Counted from the first letter of the stretch, positions 8,314 to 18,856 are shown. The stretch is DNA of 32,000 nucleotides from Alkalilimnicola ehrlichii MLHE-1 (GCF_000014785.1 NC_008340.1:2400001-2432000), one strand, 5' to 3'. Numbers and translations are program-made. The notes: generated from the sequence alone by a model not told the origin.

Positions 8314-8358
8314 TTCTGCCAGAGCGACCGATCACGAGCCGACAGCTTTCTGGCAGAA
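8314..8358 (+). repeat. Perfect 10-bp inverted repeat TTCTGCCAGA / TCTGGCAGAA with a 25-bp spacer, in the leader or promoter of the 8392 gene
   Basis: Arms at 8314-8323 and 8349-8358. The right arm ends 33 nt before ATG 8392. Confidence 0.6.
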
Positions 8359-8391
8359 TCAGTCACAGCACCCACCAATCGCAGGAGCGGC

Positions 8392-11031
8392 ATGACAACA
8401 CACTACGAAGATCGCGTGGTCTCCACCGGGATCGACGGCCTGGACCAAGTGCTGGACGGACTGCGCATCGGCGACAACGTGGTTTGGCGGGTGGACGACC
8501 TGGATGACTACCGGCGGTTCGTCCGCCCGTTCGTGGATGCCGCCCAGGCCCAGGGCCGCTCCATCATCTACCTGCGCTATGGCCAGCACGCCCCGCTGCT
8601 GAGCCCGGACGAGGGCATCCGCATCGTCAGCCTCGACGCCCTGGGCGGCTTTGAGGCCTTCACCCGGCAGGTCTACCAGCTGATCACCGACCATGGTCAC
8701 GGCGCCTTCTATGTCTGTGACTGCCTCTCCGACCTGCTCAACGCCTGGGCCACCGACTATATGGTGGGCAATTTCTTCCAGGTAATCTGCCCCTATCTCT
8801 ACGAACTGGATACCGTGGCCTACTTCGCGCTGCTGCCGCACAGCCACTCCCACGGCACCCTCGCGCGGATTCGCGAGACCACCCAGGTGCTAATCGACGT
8901 GCGGCGGGCGGACAACGAGATGCAGGTCCAGCCGGTTAAGGTCTGGCAGCGCCACTCTCCCACCATGTTCCTGCCCCACCGCCAGCGTGGCGAGCGGTTC
9001 CTACCCGTGGTGGACAGCAGCGACGCCACCCGGCTGCAGGCCCAGCTCGAGCAGCGCCACCAGCAGTTGAGCCAGCAACGGCTACTGGATTACTGGGATC
9101 GGCTCTTCCTGCGGGCCTCCCAGGTGTTGTCCGAGGACCACAACACCACCGCCCGCGAGGCCGTGCGCGACCAGATCCTCAACGTGCTGATCTGCCGTGA
9201 GCCCCGCATGCAGGCGCTGGCCCGGCGCTACCTCAACCTGGAGGACCTGCTGGGGATCCGGGCACGGATGATCGGCAGCGGCTATATCGGCGGCAAGGCG
9301 GTGGGCATGTTGCTGGCCCGGCGCATCCTGCTGGAACACGCTCCCGGGACCTGGGCAGAGCATCTGGAACCCCACGACTCCTACCACCTGGGCTCCGATG
9401 TCTACTACGCCTACATCGTCCACAACGGCTGGTGGCCACGGCTGATGCGGCAACGCACCGATGCGGGCTACTTTGAGGAGGGCCGCGCCCTGCACCAGGC
9501 CATGCTGCAGGGGCGGATGCCGCCGGAGGTACGCCAGGAGCTGGAGCGCATGCTGGACCACTACGGCCAGTACCCCATCCTGGTGCGTTCCAGCAGCCTG
9601 ATGGAGGACGGCTTCGGCAACGCCTTCGCCGGAAAGTACGAGAGCATCTTCTGCGTCAACCAGGGGGACCCCGAAGAGCGACTGGCCCGCCTGGAGGACG
9701 CCATCCGCCAGGTCTACGCCTCCACCATGAGCGAAGACGCCCTGGTCTACCGCCGCCAGCGCGGGCTGTCCCACCAGGAGGAGCCCATGGCCCTGCTGCT
9801 CCAGCGGGTCAACGGGCGCTACCACGACCACCTCTACCTGCCCGACGCCGCCGGGGTGGGCGTCTCACGCAACACCTTCGTCTGGGATGCGGACATGGAC
9901 CCGGCCGCCGGGATGCTGCGCCTGGTCATGGGCCTGGGCACCCGTGCCGTTGATCGCATCGAGGGCGACCACGCCTGCGTCGTCGCCCTCGACCAGCCCC
10001 ACAAGCGCCCCTACCGCAACCGCGACGACGTCTACCGCTTCTCCCAGCACCTGGTGGACGTGCTTGACATCAACGACAACGAGCACCAGTCGGTGCCCCT
10101 GCGCGACCTGGTGGCACAGGCGCGGAGCCTGCCCCTGGCCCGCCTGGGGGAGCAGGACCGGGAGGCCACCCGGCGCGCCCGCAGCCTGGGCCACGACAGC
10201 CCGGTCTGGCGCCTGACCTTCGACCCGCTGCTGCGTGATAAGGCCTTCGTACCCCTGGCACAGGACCTGCTGCAGACCCTGGAGGCCGCCTACGAGCACC
10301 CGGTGGACGTGGAGTTCACCGTGCACCTGGACGCCCAGGGTTCGCCCAGCTTCAACATCGTGCAGTGCCGCCCACTGGCCACCCTGGGCGCCAACCAGGA
10401 CCCGGTGCGGCTGCCCGCCCGGGTCGCCCCGGAGCGGCTGTTCTTCGCCACCCGCGGCCACTTCATGGGCGGCAACATCGACCTGCGCATTGCCCGCATC
10501 ATCCACGTGGACGGACCGCGCTACGCCGCCTTAAGCACCAGCCAGAAGTACGCGGTGGCCCGCCTGGTGGGGAGCTTGAACCGGGCCATGGCCGACCGCA
10601 TCGCCTGTCCGGTGATGCTCATCGGCCCCGGCCGCTGGGGCACCAGCAGCCCGGAGCTCGGCGTGCCGGTGCGCTTCGCCGATATCAGCAAGGTGGCCGT
10701 GCTGGTGGAGGTGGCCGAACTGGGCGCCGGCATGGTGCCGGACCTCTCCTTCGGCTCGCACTTCTTCCAGGACCTGGTGGAGTCAGAGATCGCCTACGTG
10801 GCCCTGTTCCCGGGCGAGCGCGACAGCGACTACCAGCCCGACTGGCTGGAGCGGCTCCCCGGCCATTGTCGTTTGCCATTGGACGCCGCTCCGTCCGATG
10901 TTGAGACCGTGGAGGACCCGGCGGTGGCGGCCGTGGTGAGCCACTTCCAGGTCAATGATCAGGGCCTGCGGGTGGTGGCGGACGTGGTCCGGCAGCGCCT
11001 GTTCTGCTTTCAGCCGGAGGAGACCGCCTGA
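8392..11031 (+). CDS. Uncharacterised PEP/pyruvate-binding (PPDK_N-type ATP-grasp) domain protein with a degenerate KaiC/RecA-like N-terminal domain
   Basis: Residues about 10-190: STGIDGLDQVLDGLRIGDNVVW... is KaiC/Rad55-like, but no GxxGxGKT P-loop is visible. Middle: GGKAVGMLLARRIL and ILVRSSSLMEDGFGNAFAGKYES, hallmarks of the PEP synthase/PPDK nucleotide-binding domain. The C-terminal roughly 250 aa (LIGPGRWGTSSPELGVPV...FGSHFFQDLVE) lack an obvious swivel phospho-His motif. AGGAG SD lies before the ATG. Confidence 0.8.
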   Translation: MTTHYEDRVVSTGIDGLDQVLDGLRIGDNVVWRVDDLDDYRRFVRPFVDAAQAQGRSIIYLRYGQHAPLLSPDEGIRIVSLDALGGFEAFTRQVYQLITDHGHGAFYVCDCLSDLLNAWATDYMVGNFFQVICPYLYELDTVAYFALLPHSHSHGTLARIRETTQVLIDVRRADNEMQVQPVKVWQRHSPTMFLPHRQRGERFLPVVDSSDATRLQAQLEQRHQQLSQQRLLDYWDRLFLRASQVLSEDHNTTAREAVRDQILNVLICREPRMQALARRYLNLEDLLGIRARMIGSGYIGGKAVGMLLARRILLEHAPGTWAEHLEPHDSYHLGSDVYYAYIVHNGWWPRLMRQRTDAGYFEEGRALHQAMLQGRMPPEVRQELERMLDHYGQYPILVRSSSLMEDGFGNAFAGKYESIFCVNQGDPEERLARLEDAIRQVYASTMSEDALVYRRQRGLSHQEEPMALLLQRVNGRYHDHLYLPDAAGVGVSRNTFVWDADMDPAAGMLRLVMGLGTRAVDRIEGDHACVVALDQPHKRPYRNRDDVYRFSQHLVDVLDINDNEHQSVPLRDLVAQARSLPLARLGEQDREATRRARSLGHDSPVWRLTFDPLLRDKAFVPLAQDLLQTLEAAYEHPVDVEFTVHLDAQGSPSFNIVQCRPLATLGANQDPVRLPARVAPERLFFATRGHFMGGNIDLRIARIIHVDGPRYAALSTSQKYAVARLVGSLNRAMADRIACPVMLIGPGRWGTSSPELGVPVRFADISKVAVLVEVAELGAGMVPDLSFGSHFFQDLVESEIAYVALFPGERDSDYQPDWLERLPGHCRLPLDAAPSDVETVEDPAVAAVVSHFQVNDQGLRVVADVVRQRLFCFQPEETA

Positions 11032-11057
11032 GCGGCGCCATCGGCGCCACCCGAGCG

Positions 11058-11098
11058 AAAAAAACCGCCCGGGGCGGATGGCCCGCGGGCGGTTTTCC
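11058..11098. terminator. Bidirectional intrinsic terminator between the convergent PEP-binding gene and gdhA
   Basis: A7 run, then stem AAAACCGCCCG (11061-11071) / CGGGCGGTTTT (11086-11096), extendable by GGGC/GCCC. Four T follow on the + strand and seven U on the - strand transcript. Confidence 0.75.
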
Positions 11099-11134
11099 AG
11101 GGCGGCATTACCGCCGCGATCGGGCCACACCCGA

Positions 11135-12496
<1,362 letters not shown>

Positions 12497-12504
12497 TTAA
12501 ATTG

Positions 12505-12521
12505 CGCACCCAATGGGTGCT
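12505..12521. promoter_or_regulatory. Candidate NtrC-type site / 7-1-7 palindrome in the gdhA leader
   Basis: CGCACCCAATGGGTGCT has the core GCACC-N5-GGTGC of the recalled NtrC consensus TGCACCAAAATGGTGCA (12/17). It is a perfect GCACCCA-A-TGGGTGC palindrome located 22-36 nt upstream of the gdhA ATG. Confidence 0.35.
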
Positions 12522-12573
12522 GGCATTCGTGGGCCACCGGAGACAGGTCGCCCAATTTAAGTTCAGGGGCGGG

Positions 12574-12595
12574 GATTTTGCACCAAAATCGAACA
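12574..12595. promoter_or_regulatory. Second NtrC-like half-site embedded in the palindrome GATTTTGCACCAAAATC, upstream of gdhA
   Basis: TGCACCAAAAT (12579-12589) equals the left 11 nt of the recalled NtrC consensus, but the right half is poor (CGAACA). GATTTTG-CAC-CAAAATC is a perfect 7-3-7 palindrome (12574-12590). Confidence 0.3.
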
Positions 12596-12636
12596 GATTG
12601 ACATCTTTGGGCCTGTATCGATTCGTCGCACGCCAA

Positions 12637-12665
12637 GACGCCGGCCCCTCTCTGGGGCCGGCGTC
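12637..12665 (-). terminator. Strong GC hairpin downstream of fadE (end of the beta-oxidation operon)
   Basis: Perfect 12-bp stem GACGCCGGCCCC / GGGGCCGGCGTC with a 5-nt loop, 41 nt after the stop at 12706. Only a UU tract follows on the minus transcript. Confidence 0.5.
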
Positions 12666-12705
12666 CCGGTCCGGATGCTCCGTTTCTGCGCGGGCCGCGG
12701 GGCGG

Positions 12706-15180
12706 TTACCCGGTGGCCTGGCGCCGCCAGTGGGCGGCACCGGATCGCCCCGCCGGGGCGGCGGGGCTGATCGCCTCCGGCGGGAAGGCATCGGTGATGA
12801 TGCAGTCGTAGCGCAGGTGCTCCCAGGCCTGCAGTTGCTCGGCCTCGGCCGCGGTGATGAGCCCCTTGCCACGGGCGTCGGCGATGCGCTCGGCGAAACT
12901 GAAGCCCTGCGCCTCCCCCTTGGCCACCCACTTCTGGAAGCGGTTATAGAGGGGCTCCACCGCCACCAGGGTCCGCAGCGCCACCTCCATCCGGCCCATG
13001 GGGTCGTCCCGGTCATCCTCCGCCCAGTAGCCGATCGCGGTCACTCGCTCACGGACGCCACCGGGCTCCATCAGGGCCTCGGCCACCCGCTGGCCGTCGC
13101 GGTCGGCGGCCGGGTGGTAAGGCCGCCCGAGGGGGAAGATCACCCGGCGCAGGACGCCGGCCAGCAACCGGTTCGGAAAGTTACGAAGGAAGCCGTCGAA
13201 GGCCTCGTAGATGGCGTTGAGCGAGTCGTCGAGGGCCCAGCGCAGGAAGGGGCGCTCGGCCTCCGGGCTCCCGGCGTCCTCGTGGAACTTGAGCACCGCC
13301 GAGGCCAGGTAAAGGTGGCTGAGCACATCCCCCAGGCGGGCTGAGAGCCGTTCCCGGCGCTTCAGGTCGCCCCCCAGCACCCCCATGGCCACATCGGAGA
13401 CAAAGGCAAGGGCCGCACTCATGCGCGAGAGCTCCCGATAGTAGGGGGCGGTGGCCCCCTTGACCGGACTGTCGCCGAGGCGGGCACCGGTCAGCCCCAG
13501 GACGAAGGCGCGCACACCGCGGTTCAGCGAATACCCGATATGGCTGAACAGCAACCGGTCGAAACCGGCCAGGTCGTCCTTGCGCGCCGCCTCCATCTCC
13601 GGAAAGACGTAGGGGTGGCAGCGGATGGCCCCCTGACCGAAGATCATCAGGTTCCGGGTGAGGATGTTGGCCCCCTCCACCGTAATGCCCACTGGGATGG
13701 CCTGGTAGCCGTAGCCCAGGTAGTTGCGCGGCCCGAAGATGATGCCGCGCCCCCCGTGCACGTCCATGGCGTCGTTCAGGGAGGTGCGCATCATCTCGGT
13801 CATGTGGTACTTGGCGATGGCCGAGACCACGGAGGGCTTCACCCCCAGATCGCCCGCGCTGGCCGTGAGCCGCCGGGCCGCTTCCAGCCGGTAGGCATAG
13901 CCGCCAATCCGCGCCATGGCGGCCTGCACCCCTTCGAACTTGCCGATGGGCAGCTTGAACTGCCGGCGGATGCGGGCGTAGGCGCCGGTCATGCGCGCGC
14001 TCATGTGACCGGCGGCGGTGCCCAATGCGGGCAGGGAGATGGCTCGGCCCACCGACAGGCACTCCATCAGCATGCGCCAGCCGCGGCCGGCCATCTCCGG
14101 CCCGCCGATGATCCAGTCGAGCGGGATGAAGACATCCTCGCCCTGCACCGGGCCGTTCATGAAGGCCATCCCCATGGGGAAGTGGCGCTCCCCCACCTGC
14201 ACCCCCGGGTGGTCGGTGGGCACCAGGGCACAGGTGATACCGCAGTCCCGCTCACCGCCCAGCAGCCCGTCCGGGTCGTGCAGCTTGAAGGCCAGACCCA
14301 GCACCGTGGCCACCGGCGCCAGGGTGATATAGCGCTTGCTGAAGCTCAGGCGGATGCCCAGCACCTCCCGGCCCTCATGCTCGCCCCGACAGACCACCCC
14401 GTAGTCGGGCATGGCCGCCGCATCGGAGCCCACATCCGGGCCGGTGAGGGCGAAACAGGGGATCTCGCGGCCGTCGGCCAGGCGCGGCAGCCAGTAGTCC
14501 TTCTGCGCCTGGGTGCCGTATTGCATCAACAGCTCACCCGGCCCCAGGGAGTTGGGCACCATTACCGTCACCGCGGCGGAGATATTGCGGGTGGCAATGC
14601 GGGTGACCACGCAGCTCTGGGCGTAACTGGAAAACGCCCGGCCGCCGTACTGCCTGGGGATGATCAGGCTGAAGAAGCGCTCACGGCGGATGAAGTCCCA
14701 CACCTCGGCGGGCAGATCGTGCGCCTCGCGCTCGATCCGGTCGTTATCCAGCATCCGGCAGAGTGTCGCCACCTGGTTATCCAGAAAGGCCTGCTCCTCA
14801 TCGCTGAGCCGGGTCACCGGGGTCTCGCGCAGGCGCTGCCAGTCCGGCCGGCCCTGGAAGAGCTCGCCTTCCCACCAGGTGTCCCCGGCCTCCAGGGCCT
14901 CGCGCTCGGTGGTGGTCATGGGCGGCAACACCCGCTTGAAGGCCTGGAACAGGGGCCGGGTGATCACCCGCCGGCGCAACGCCGGCAGGTTGAACAGTAA
15001 CGCCACCGGTGCCAACACCAGCGCGGCGAGAGCCACCGCCGCGCCGGACGCCGCGCCGACAACCCAGAGGCCCAGCAGGTAGAGGGCCACGGCCGCTGTC
15101 CATACCGGCAGCCGTGCGCCGGCATAAGCCAGGGCCAGAAAGCCCGCCAGGGCCACCGCGATCGCAAAGATGAGGGTCAT
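12706..15180 (-). CDS. fadE: Large FadE-type acyl-CoA dehydrogenase (N-terminal membrane segment plus C-terminal DUF1974-like extension), paralog 1
   Basis: About 824 aa. TM-rich N-terminus, then ERFFSLIIPRQYGG, CFALTGPDVGSDAA and ITVEGANILTRNLMIFGQGAIRCHP, typical of E. coli FadE-like enzymes. ATG 15180 is preceded by GGAGGAG and lies 16 nt after the thiolase stop. Confidence 0.9.
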   Translation of the reverse strand: MTLIFAIAVALAGFLALAYAGARLPVWTAAVALYLLGLWVVGAASGAAVALAALVLAPVALLFNLPALRRRVITRPLFQAFKRVLPPMTTTEREALEAGDTWWEGELFQGRPDWQRLRETPVTRLSDEEQAFLDNQVATLCRMLDNDRIEREAHDLPAEVWDFIRRERFFSLIIPRQYGGRAFSSYAQSCVVTRIATRNISAAVTVMVPNSLGPGELLMQYGTQAQKDYWLPRLADGREIPCFALTGPDVGSDAAAMPDYGVVCRGEHEGREVLGIRLSFSKRYITLAPVATVLGLAFKLHDPDGLLGGERDCGITCALVPTDHPGVQVGERHFPMGMAFMNGPVQGEDVFIPLDWIIGGPEMAGRGWRMLMECLSVGRAISLPALGTAAGHMSARMTGAYARIRRQFKLPIGKFEGVQAAMARIGGYAYRLEAARRLTASAGDLGVKPSVVSAIAKYHMTEMMRTSLNDAMDVHGGRGIIFGPRNYLGYGYQAIPVGITVEGANILTRNLMIFGQGAIRCHPYVFPEMEAARKDDLAGFDRLLFSHIGYSLNRGVRAFVLGLTGARLGDSPVKGATAPYYRELSRMSAALAFVSDVAMGVLGGDLKRRERLSARLGDVLSHLYLASAVLKFHEDAGSPEAERPFLRWALDDSLNAIYEAFDGFLRNFPNRLLAGVLRRVIFPLGRPYHPAADRDGQRVAEALMEPGGVRERVTAIGYWAEDDRDDPMGRMEVALRTLVAVEPLYNRFQKWVAKGEAQGFSFAERIADARGKGLITAAEAEQLQAWEHLRYDCIITDAFPPEAISPAAPAGRSGAAHWRRQATG

Positions 15181-15196
15181 GGTTGTCTCCTCCACC

Positions 15197-16387
15197 TCAC
15201 ATCCGCTCAAACAGACCGGCCGCGCCCATGCCGGTGCCCACGCACATGGTCACCAGGCCGTAGCGGCCGCCGGTGCGGCGCAGTCCGTGCACCAGGGTGG
15301 CGGTACGGATGGCACCGGTGGCCCCCAGCGGATGGCCCAGTGCGATGGCCCCGCCCTGCGGGTTGATCCGCTCCGGGTCCAGCTCCAGGTCGCGCATCAC
15401 CGCAAGGCTCTGGGCGGCGAAGGCCTCGTTGAGCTCCACCCAGTCCACGTCGGCCGCCCGGAGGCCGGCCTGTCGCAACACCCGCGGCACCGCCTCCACC
15501 GGCCCGATGCCCATGATCTCCGGCGCCACCCCGGCCACCGAGAAGCCGACGAAGCGCGCCAGCGGCGTCAACCCCAGGGCGCTGACCCGGCGCTCGCTCA
15601 TCAGCACCACGGCGCCGGCGCCGTCACTCATCTGCGAGCTGTTCCCCGGGGTGACGCTGCCCCGGGCCGCGAAGGACGGCTTGAGCTTGGCCAGCGCCTC
15701 GGCGCTGGTCTCCGGCCGCGGCCCCTCATCGCTGTCCACCACCCGCTCCTGCAGGGCCACCGCGCCCCCCTGCGGGTCCAGCACCGACTCGCGCACGGTG
15801 TAGGGCAGGATCTCGTCGCGGAAGTGCCCCGCCTCGGTGGCGGCCACCGCCCGCTGGTGGCTGCGCAGGGCGAAGGCGTCCTGCGCCTCACGCCCCACAC
15901 CCCAGCGCTCGGCCACCTTCTCGGCGGTGATACCCATGCCGTAGGCGATGGCCCGATGCGGGTCGTCCTGGAACAGGGCGGGGTTGAACTGTGGCTTGTG
16001 GCCCATCATGGGCACTTGGCTCATGGACTCGGTGCCACCGGCCACCACCACGTCGGCCTCGCCCAGACGGATGCGGTCGGCGGCCAGGGCCACCGCCTGC
16101 AGCCCCGAGGCGCAAAAGCGGTTGACGGTGTAACCGGGCACCCGGTCCGGCAGCCCGGCCAGCAGGGCACCGATGCGGGCCACGTTCAGCCCCTGGCTGC
16201 CCTCGGGCATGGCGCAGCCGACGATCACGTCGGCGATCTCGGCCGGATCCAGCCCCGGGCACCGGTCCACGGCGCCGCGGATCACGTGGGCCAGCAGATC
16301 GTCCGGGCGGGTGTGGCGGAAGGCGCCGCGCGGGGCCTTGCCCACCGGGGTGCGCTGGGCGGCGACGATGTATACGGTTTCAGTCAT
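15197..16387 (-). CDS. fadA: Acetyl-CoA C-acyltransferase (3-ketoacyl-CoA thiolase)
   Basis: 396 aa. Thiolase motifs VNRFCASGLQAV (active-site Cys), NEAFAAQ, and GGAIALGHPLGATG...CVGTGMG. GGAGGAG SD is present. Confidence 0.9.
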   Translation of the reverse strand: MTETVYIVAAQRTPVGKAPRGAFRHTRPDDLLAHVIRGAVDRCPGLDPAEIADVIVGCAMPEGSQGLNVARIGALLAGLPDRVPGYTVNRFCASGLQAVALAADRIRLGEADVVVAGGTESMSQVPMMGHKPQFNPALFQDDPHRAIAYGMGITAEKVAERWGVGREAQDAFALRSHQRAVAATEAGHFRDEILPYTVRESVLDPQGGAVALQERVVDSDEGPRPETSAEALAKLKPSFAARGSVTPGNSSQMSDGAGAVVLMSERRVSALGLTPLARFVGFSVAGVAPEIMGIGPVEAVPRVLRQAGLRAADVDWVELNEAFAAQSLAVMRDLELDPERINPQGGAIALGHPLGATGAIRTATLVHGLRRTGGRYGLVTMCVGTGMGAAGLFERM

Positions 16388-16422
16388 GGTCTCTCACTCC
16401 TCCATTCGGTAACCGCACCGGC

Positions 16423-18840
16423 TCAGTTGCGCAACGGCTTGCCCGTCTTGAGCATATGGACGATGCGCTCGCGGGTCTTGTCGCTGCGCAGCAGCGCCAT
16501 GAACGGCTCGCGCTCCAGCTTCAGCAGCCACCCCTCGGGGACCGTGCTCTCGGCCTCCACCTCGCCCCCGCAGAGGGCGGCGGCGGCGTGCTCGGCCACC
16601 GCAAAGTCGTGGTCGGAGATGAAGCCGCCGGCGTGCAGGTTGACCAACTGCGCCTTCAGGTTGGCCAGCCCCGCCTTGCCGGCCACCCGCACCGGGGTCT
16701 CCAGCGGCGGCCGGTAGCCCGACTCGGCCAGGGCCCGGGCATGGGCGTGGGCGACGTGCAGGATCTCGTGGGGGTTGAGCACCACGGTGTCGGAGGGGCG
16801 CAGCAGGCCGAATCGTCTCGCCTCCACGGCACTGCGGGCGACCTTGCCCATGGCGATCATCTCGAAGTAGTTGCGGATAAAGGGGAAGACGTCGCCGTCC
16901 GGGGTGAGCGCGGAGGCGCGCCGGGCGAGCTCCTTGCAGCCGCCACCGGCCGGAATCAGCCCGACGCCCGCCTCCACCAGCCCCAGGTAGCTCTCCAGCG
17001 CCGCCACCACGTGGTCACAATGCATGACGAACTCGCAGCCACCCCCCAGGGCCATACCGCGTACCGCCCCCACCACCGGGATGCGGGCCTGGCGCAAACG
17101 GCCGGTGGCCTGCTGGAAGCGGGCCACCATCGCCGCCAGGGCGTCGTAGTCCTCCCGCTCCAGGGCGTCGACCACCTGCTTGAGGTTGGCGCCCACGCTG
17201 AAGGGCGCCTTCGGCTGCCAGAGCACCAGGGCGCGGTAGCGCTGCTCGGCCTCGGCCACCGCCGCCAGCACCCCCTCCAGCACGTCGGCACCGATGGCGT
17301 TCTGCGGGGTGCGGAAGCTGAGGATGCCCACGTCCGCCTGCAGGTGCCACAGGCGCACCGCGTCGGTCTCGAAGGTGGTGACCCCGGTCTCCTGGTCGGC
17401 CTCGCCCAGCACCCGGTCGGGGAAGTACTGGCGCTGGTAGACCGGCAGCTCCGAGCGCGGGTGCCAGCCGTAGTCGAGCGCACTCCAGGAGGCCTCGGGG
17501 CGGTGCACGGCGTCGAGGGTGTCCACCCAGTCGGGCAGCGGCACCGCGGCCAGGGCCTGCCCGCTCTCAATATCCGCCCGGATCCACTGCGCCACCCGCT
17601 GCCAACCGGCCGCCTGCCAGGTCTCGAACGGCCCCAGCGTCCAGCCAAAACCCCAGCGCATGGCCAGATCCACGTCGCGGGCGTTGTCGGCGATCTCACC
17701 CAGCCAGTAGGCGGCGTAGTGGAAGACATCCCGCTGGATGGCCCACAGGAACCGCGCCTGGGGGTGGTCGCTGTCGTGCAGGGCCGCCAACTTCTTCGCC
17801 GGGTCCCGCTCGGCCAGGATGGCCTGCAGCGCCTCGTCCGCCTGCTGTCGGGCGTCCCGGTAGTCGCCGCGTGCCGGGTCGAAGACCTGGATCCGGCCCG
17901 CCTGTTTGCGATAGACCCCGCAGCGGGTCTTCTGTCCCAGCGCCCCCTGCGCCACCAGACCGTCCAACCAGTCGGGCAGGTGGATGTACCCCTGCCACGG
18001 GTCCTCGTCCAGCAGCTTCGCCGAGCCGGCGACCACGTGCTGCAGGGTATCGAGGCCCACCACATCGGCGGTGCGGAAGGTGGCCGACTTGGGCCGGCCG
18101 ATGGCCGGTCCGGTCAGCGCATCCACCACGTCGGCGGGGATGCCCAGGCGCTCGGCGTGGTGAAGGGTGGCGGCGATGGAGAAGACCCCGATGCGGTTGG
18201 CCACGAAGTTGGGGGTGTCCCGGGCCCGGATCACCCCCTTGCCCAGGGTGCCCACCAGGAAGGTCTCCAACTCGTCCAGCACCGCCGGGCGGGTGGACCG
18301 GCTGGGGATCAACTCCACCAGCGGCATGTAGCGGGGCGGGTTGAAGAAATGCACACCGCAGAAGCGCTCGCGCACCGCGTCGGGAAGCACCTCGGCCAGG
18401 GCGTTGATGGACAACCCGGAGGTGTTACTGGCCAGCAGCACCTCGGCGGGCAGATGGGGCGCGATGCGGGCGAACAGCTCGCGCTTCAGATCCAGCCGCT
18501 CGGCGATGGCCTCGATGACGAAATCGCAGTCGCCCAGTTGCCCCAGGCCGGTGTCGTAGTTGGCCGGCACGATCCGGTCGGCCACCGCCGGCTCGGCCAG
18601 CGGGGTGGGCTGTGCCTTGCGCAGCCCCTGGATAGCCTTGCGGGCATTGGCGTCCTTATCGGCACCCCCGGCGGGCAGCTCGAAGAGCACGGTCTCCACC
18701 CCGGCGTTGACCAGGTGGGCAGCGATCTGTGCCCCCATCACCCCGGCACCCAACACGGCGGCGCGGCGGATGTAGCGGGGCCGGCGCTCGGAGCCGGCGC
18801 CGGCCCGGGGTGCCATCCGGCTTTTCAGTACTGAACTCAT
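16423..18840 (-). CDS. Bifunctional 3-hydroxyacyl-CoA dehydrogenase / enoyl-CoA hydratase with dehydrogenase-first domain order (FadN-like)
   Basis: N-terminal Rossmann motif AAVLGAGVMGAQIAAHL, and C-terminal crotonase fold (VGAVRGMALGGGCEFVMHCD). Start at ATG 18840 (MSSVLKS) with GGAGGAG SD; the ORF-track extension to 19038 overlaps the upstream gene. Confidence 0.88.
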   Translation of the reverse strand: MSSVLKSRMAPRAGAGSERRPRYIRRAAVLGAGVMGAQIAAHLVNAGVETVLFELPAGGADKDANARKAIQGLRKAQPTPLAEPAVADRIVPANYDTGLGQLGDCDFVIEAIAERLDLKRELFARIAPHLPAEVLLASNTSGLSINALAEVLPDAVRERFCGVHFFNPPRYMPLVELIPSRSTRPAVLDELETFLVGTLGKGVIRARDTPNFVANRIGVFSIAATLHHAERLGIPADVVDALTGPAIGRPKSATFRTADVVGLDTLQHVVAGSAKLLDEDPWQGYIHLPDWLDGLVAQGALGQKTRCGVYRKQAGRIQVFDPARGDYRDARQQADEALQAILAERDPAKKLAALHDSDHPQARFLWAIQRDVFHYAAYWLGEIADNARDVDLAMRWGFGWTLGPFETWQAAGWQRVAQWIRADIESGQALAAVPLPDWVDTLDAVHRPEASWSALDYGWHPRSELPVYQRQYFPDRVLGEADQETGVTTFETDAVRLWHLQADVGILSFRTPQNAIGADVLEGVLAAVAEAEQRYRALVLWQPKAPFSVGANLKQVVDALEREDYDALAAMVARFQQATGRLRQARIPVVGAVRGMALGGGCEFVMHCDHVVAALESYLGLVEAGVGLIPAGGGCKELARRASALTPDGDVFPFIRNYFEMIAMGKVARSAVEARRFGLLRPSDTVVLNPHEILHVAHAHARALAESGYRPPLETPVRVAGKAGLANLKAQLVNLHAGGFISDHDFAVAEHAAAALCGGEVEAESTVPEGWLLKLEREPFMALLRSDKTRERIVHMLKTGKPLRN

Positions 18841-18856
18841 CGTCTCCTCCCTCTTC

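Noticed and set aside
12530-12546. Sigma-54-like TGGCCC-N5-ATGC element on the minus strand upstream of gdhA.
   Set aside because: The GG-to-GC spacing is one nucleotide short of the -24/-12 consensus, and gdhA is not normally sigma-54 dependent.
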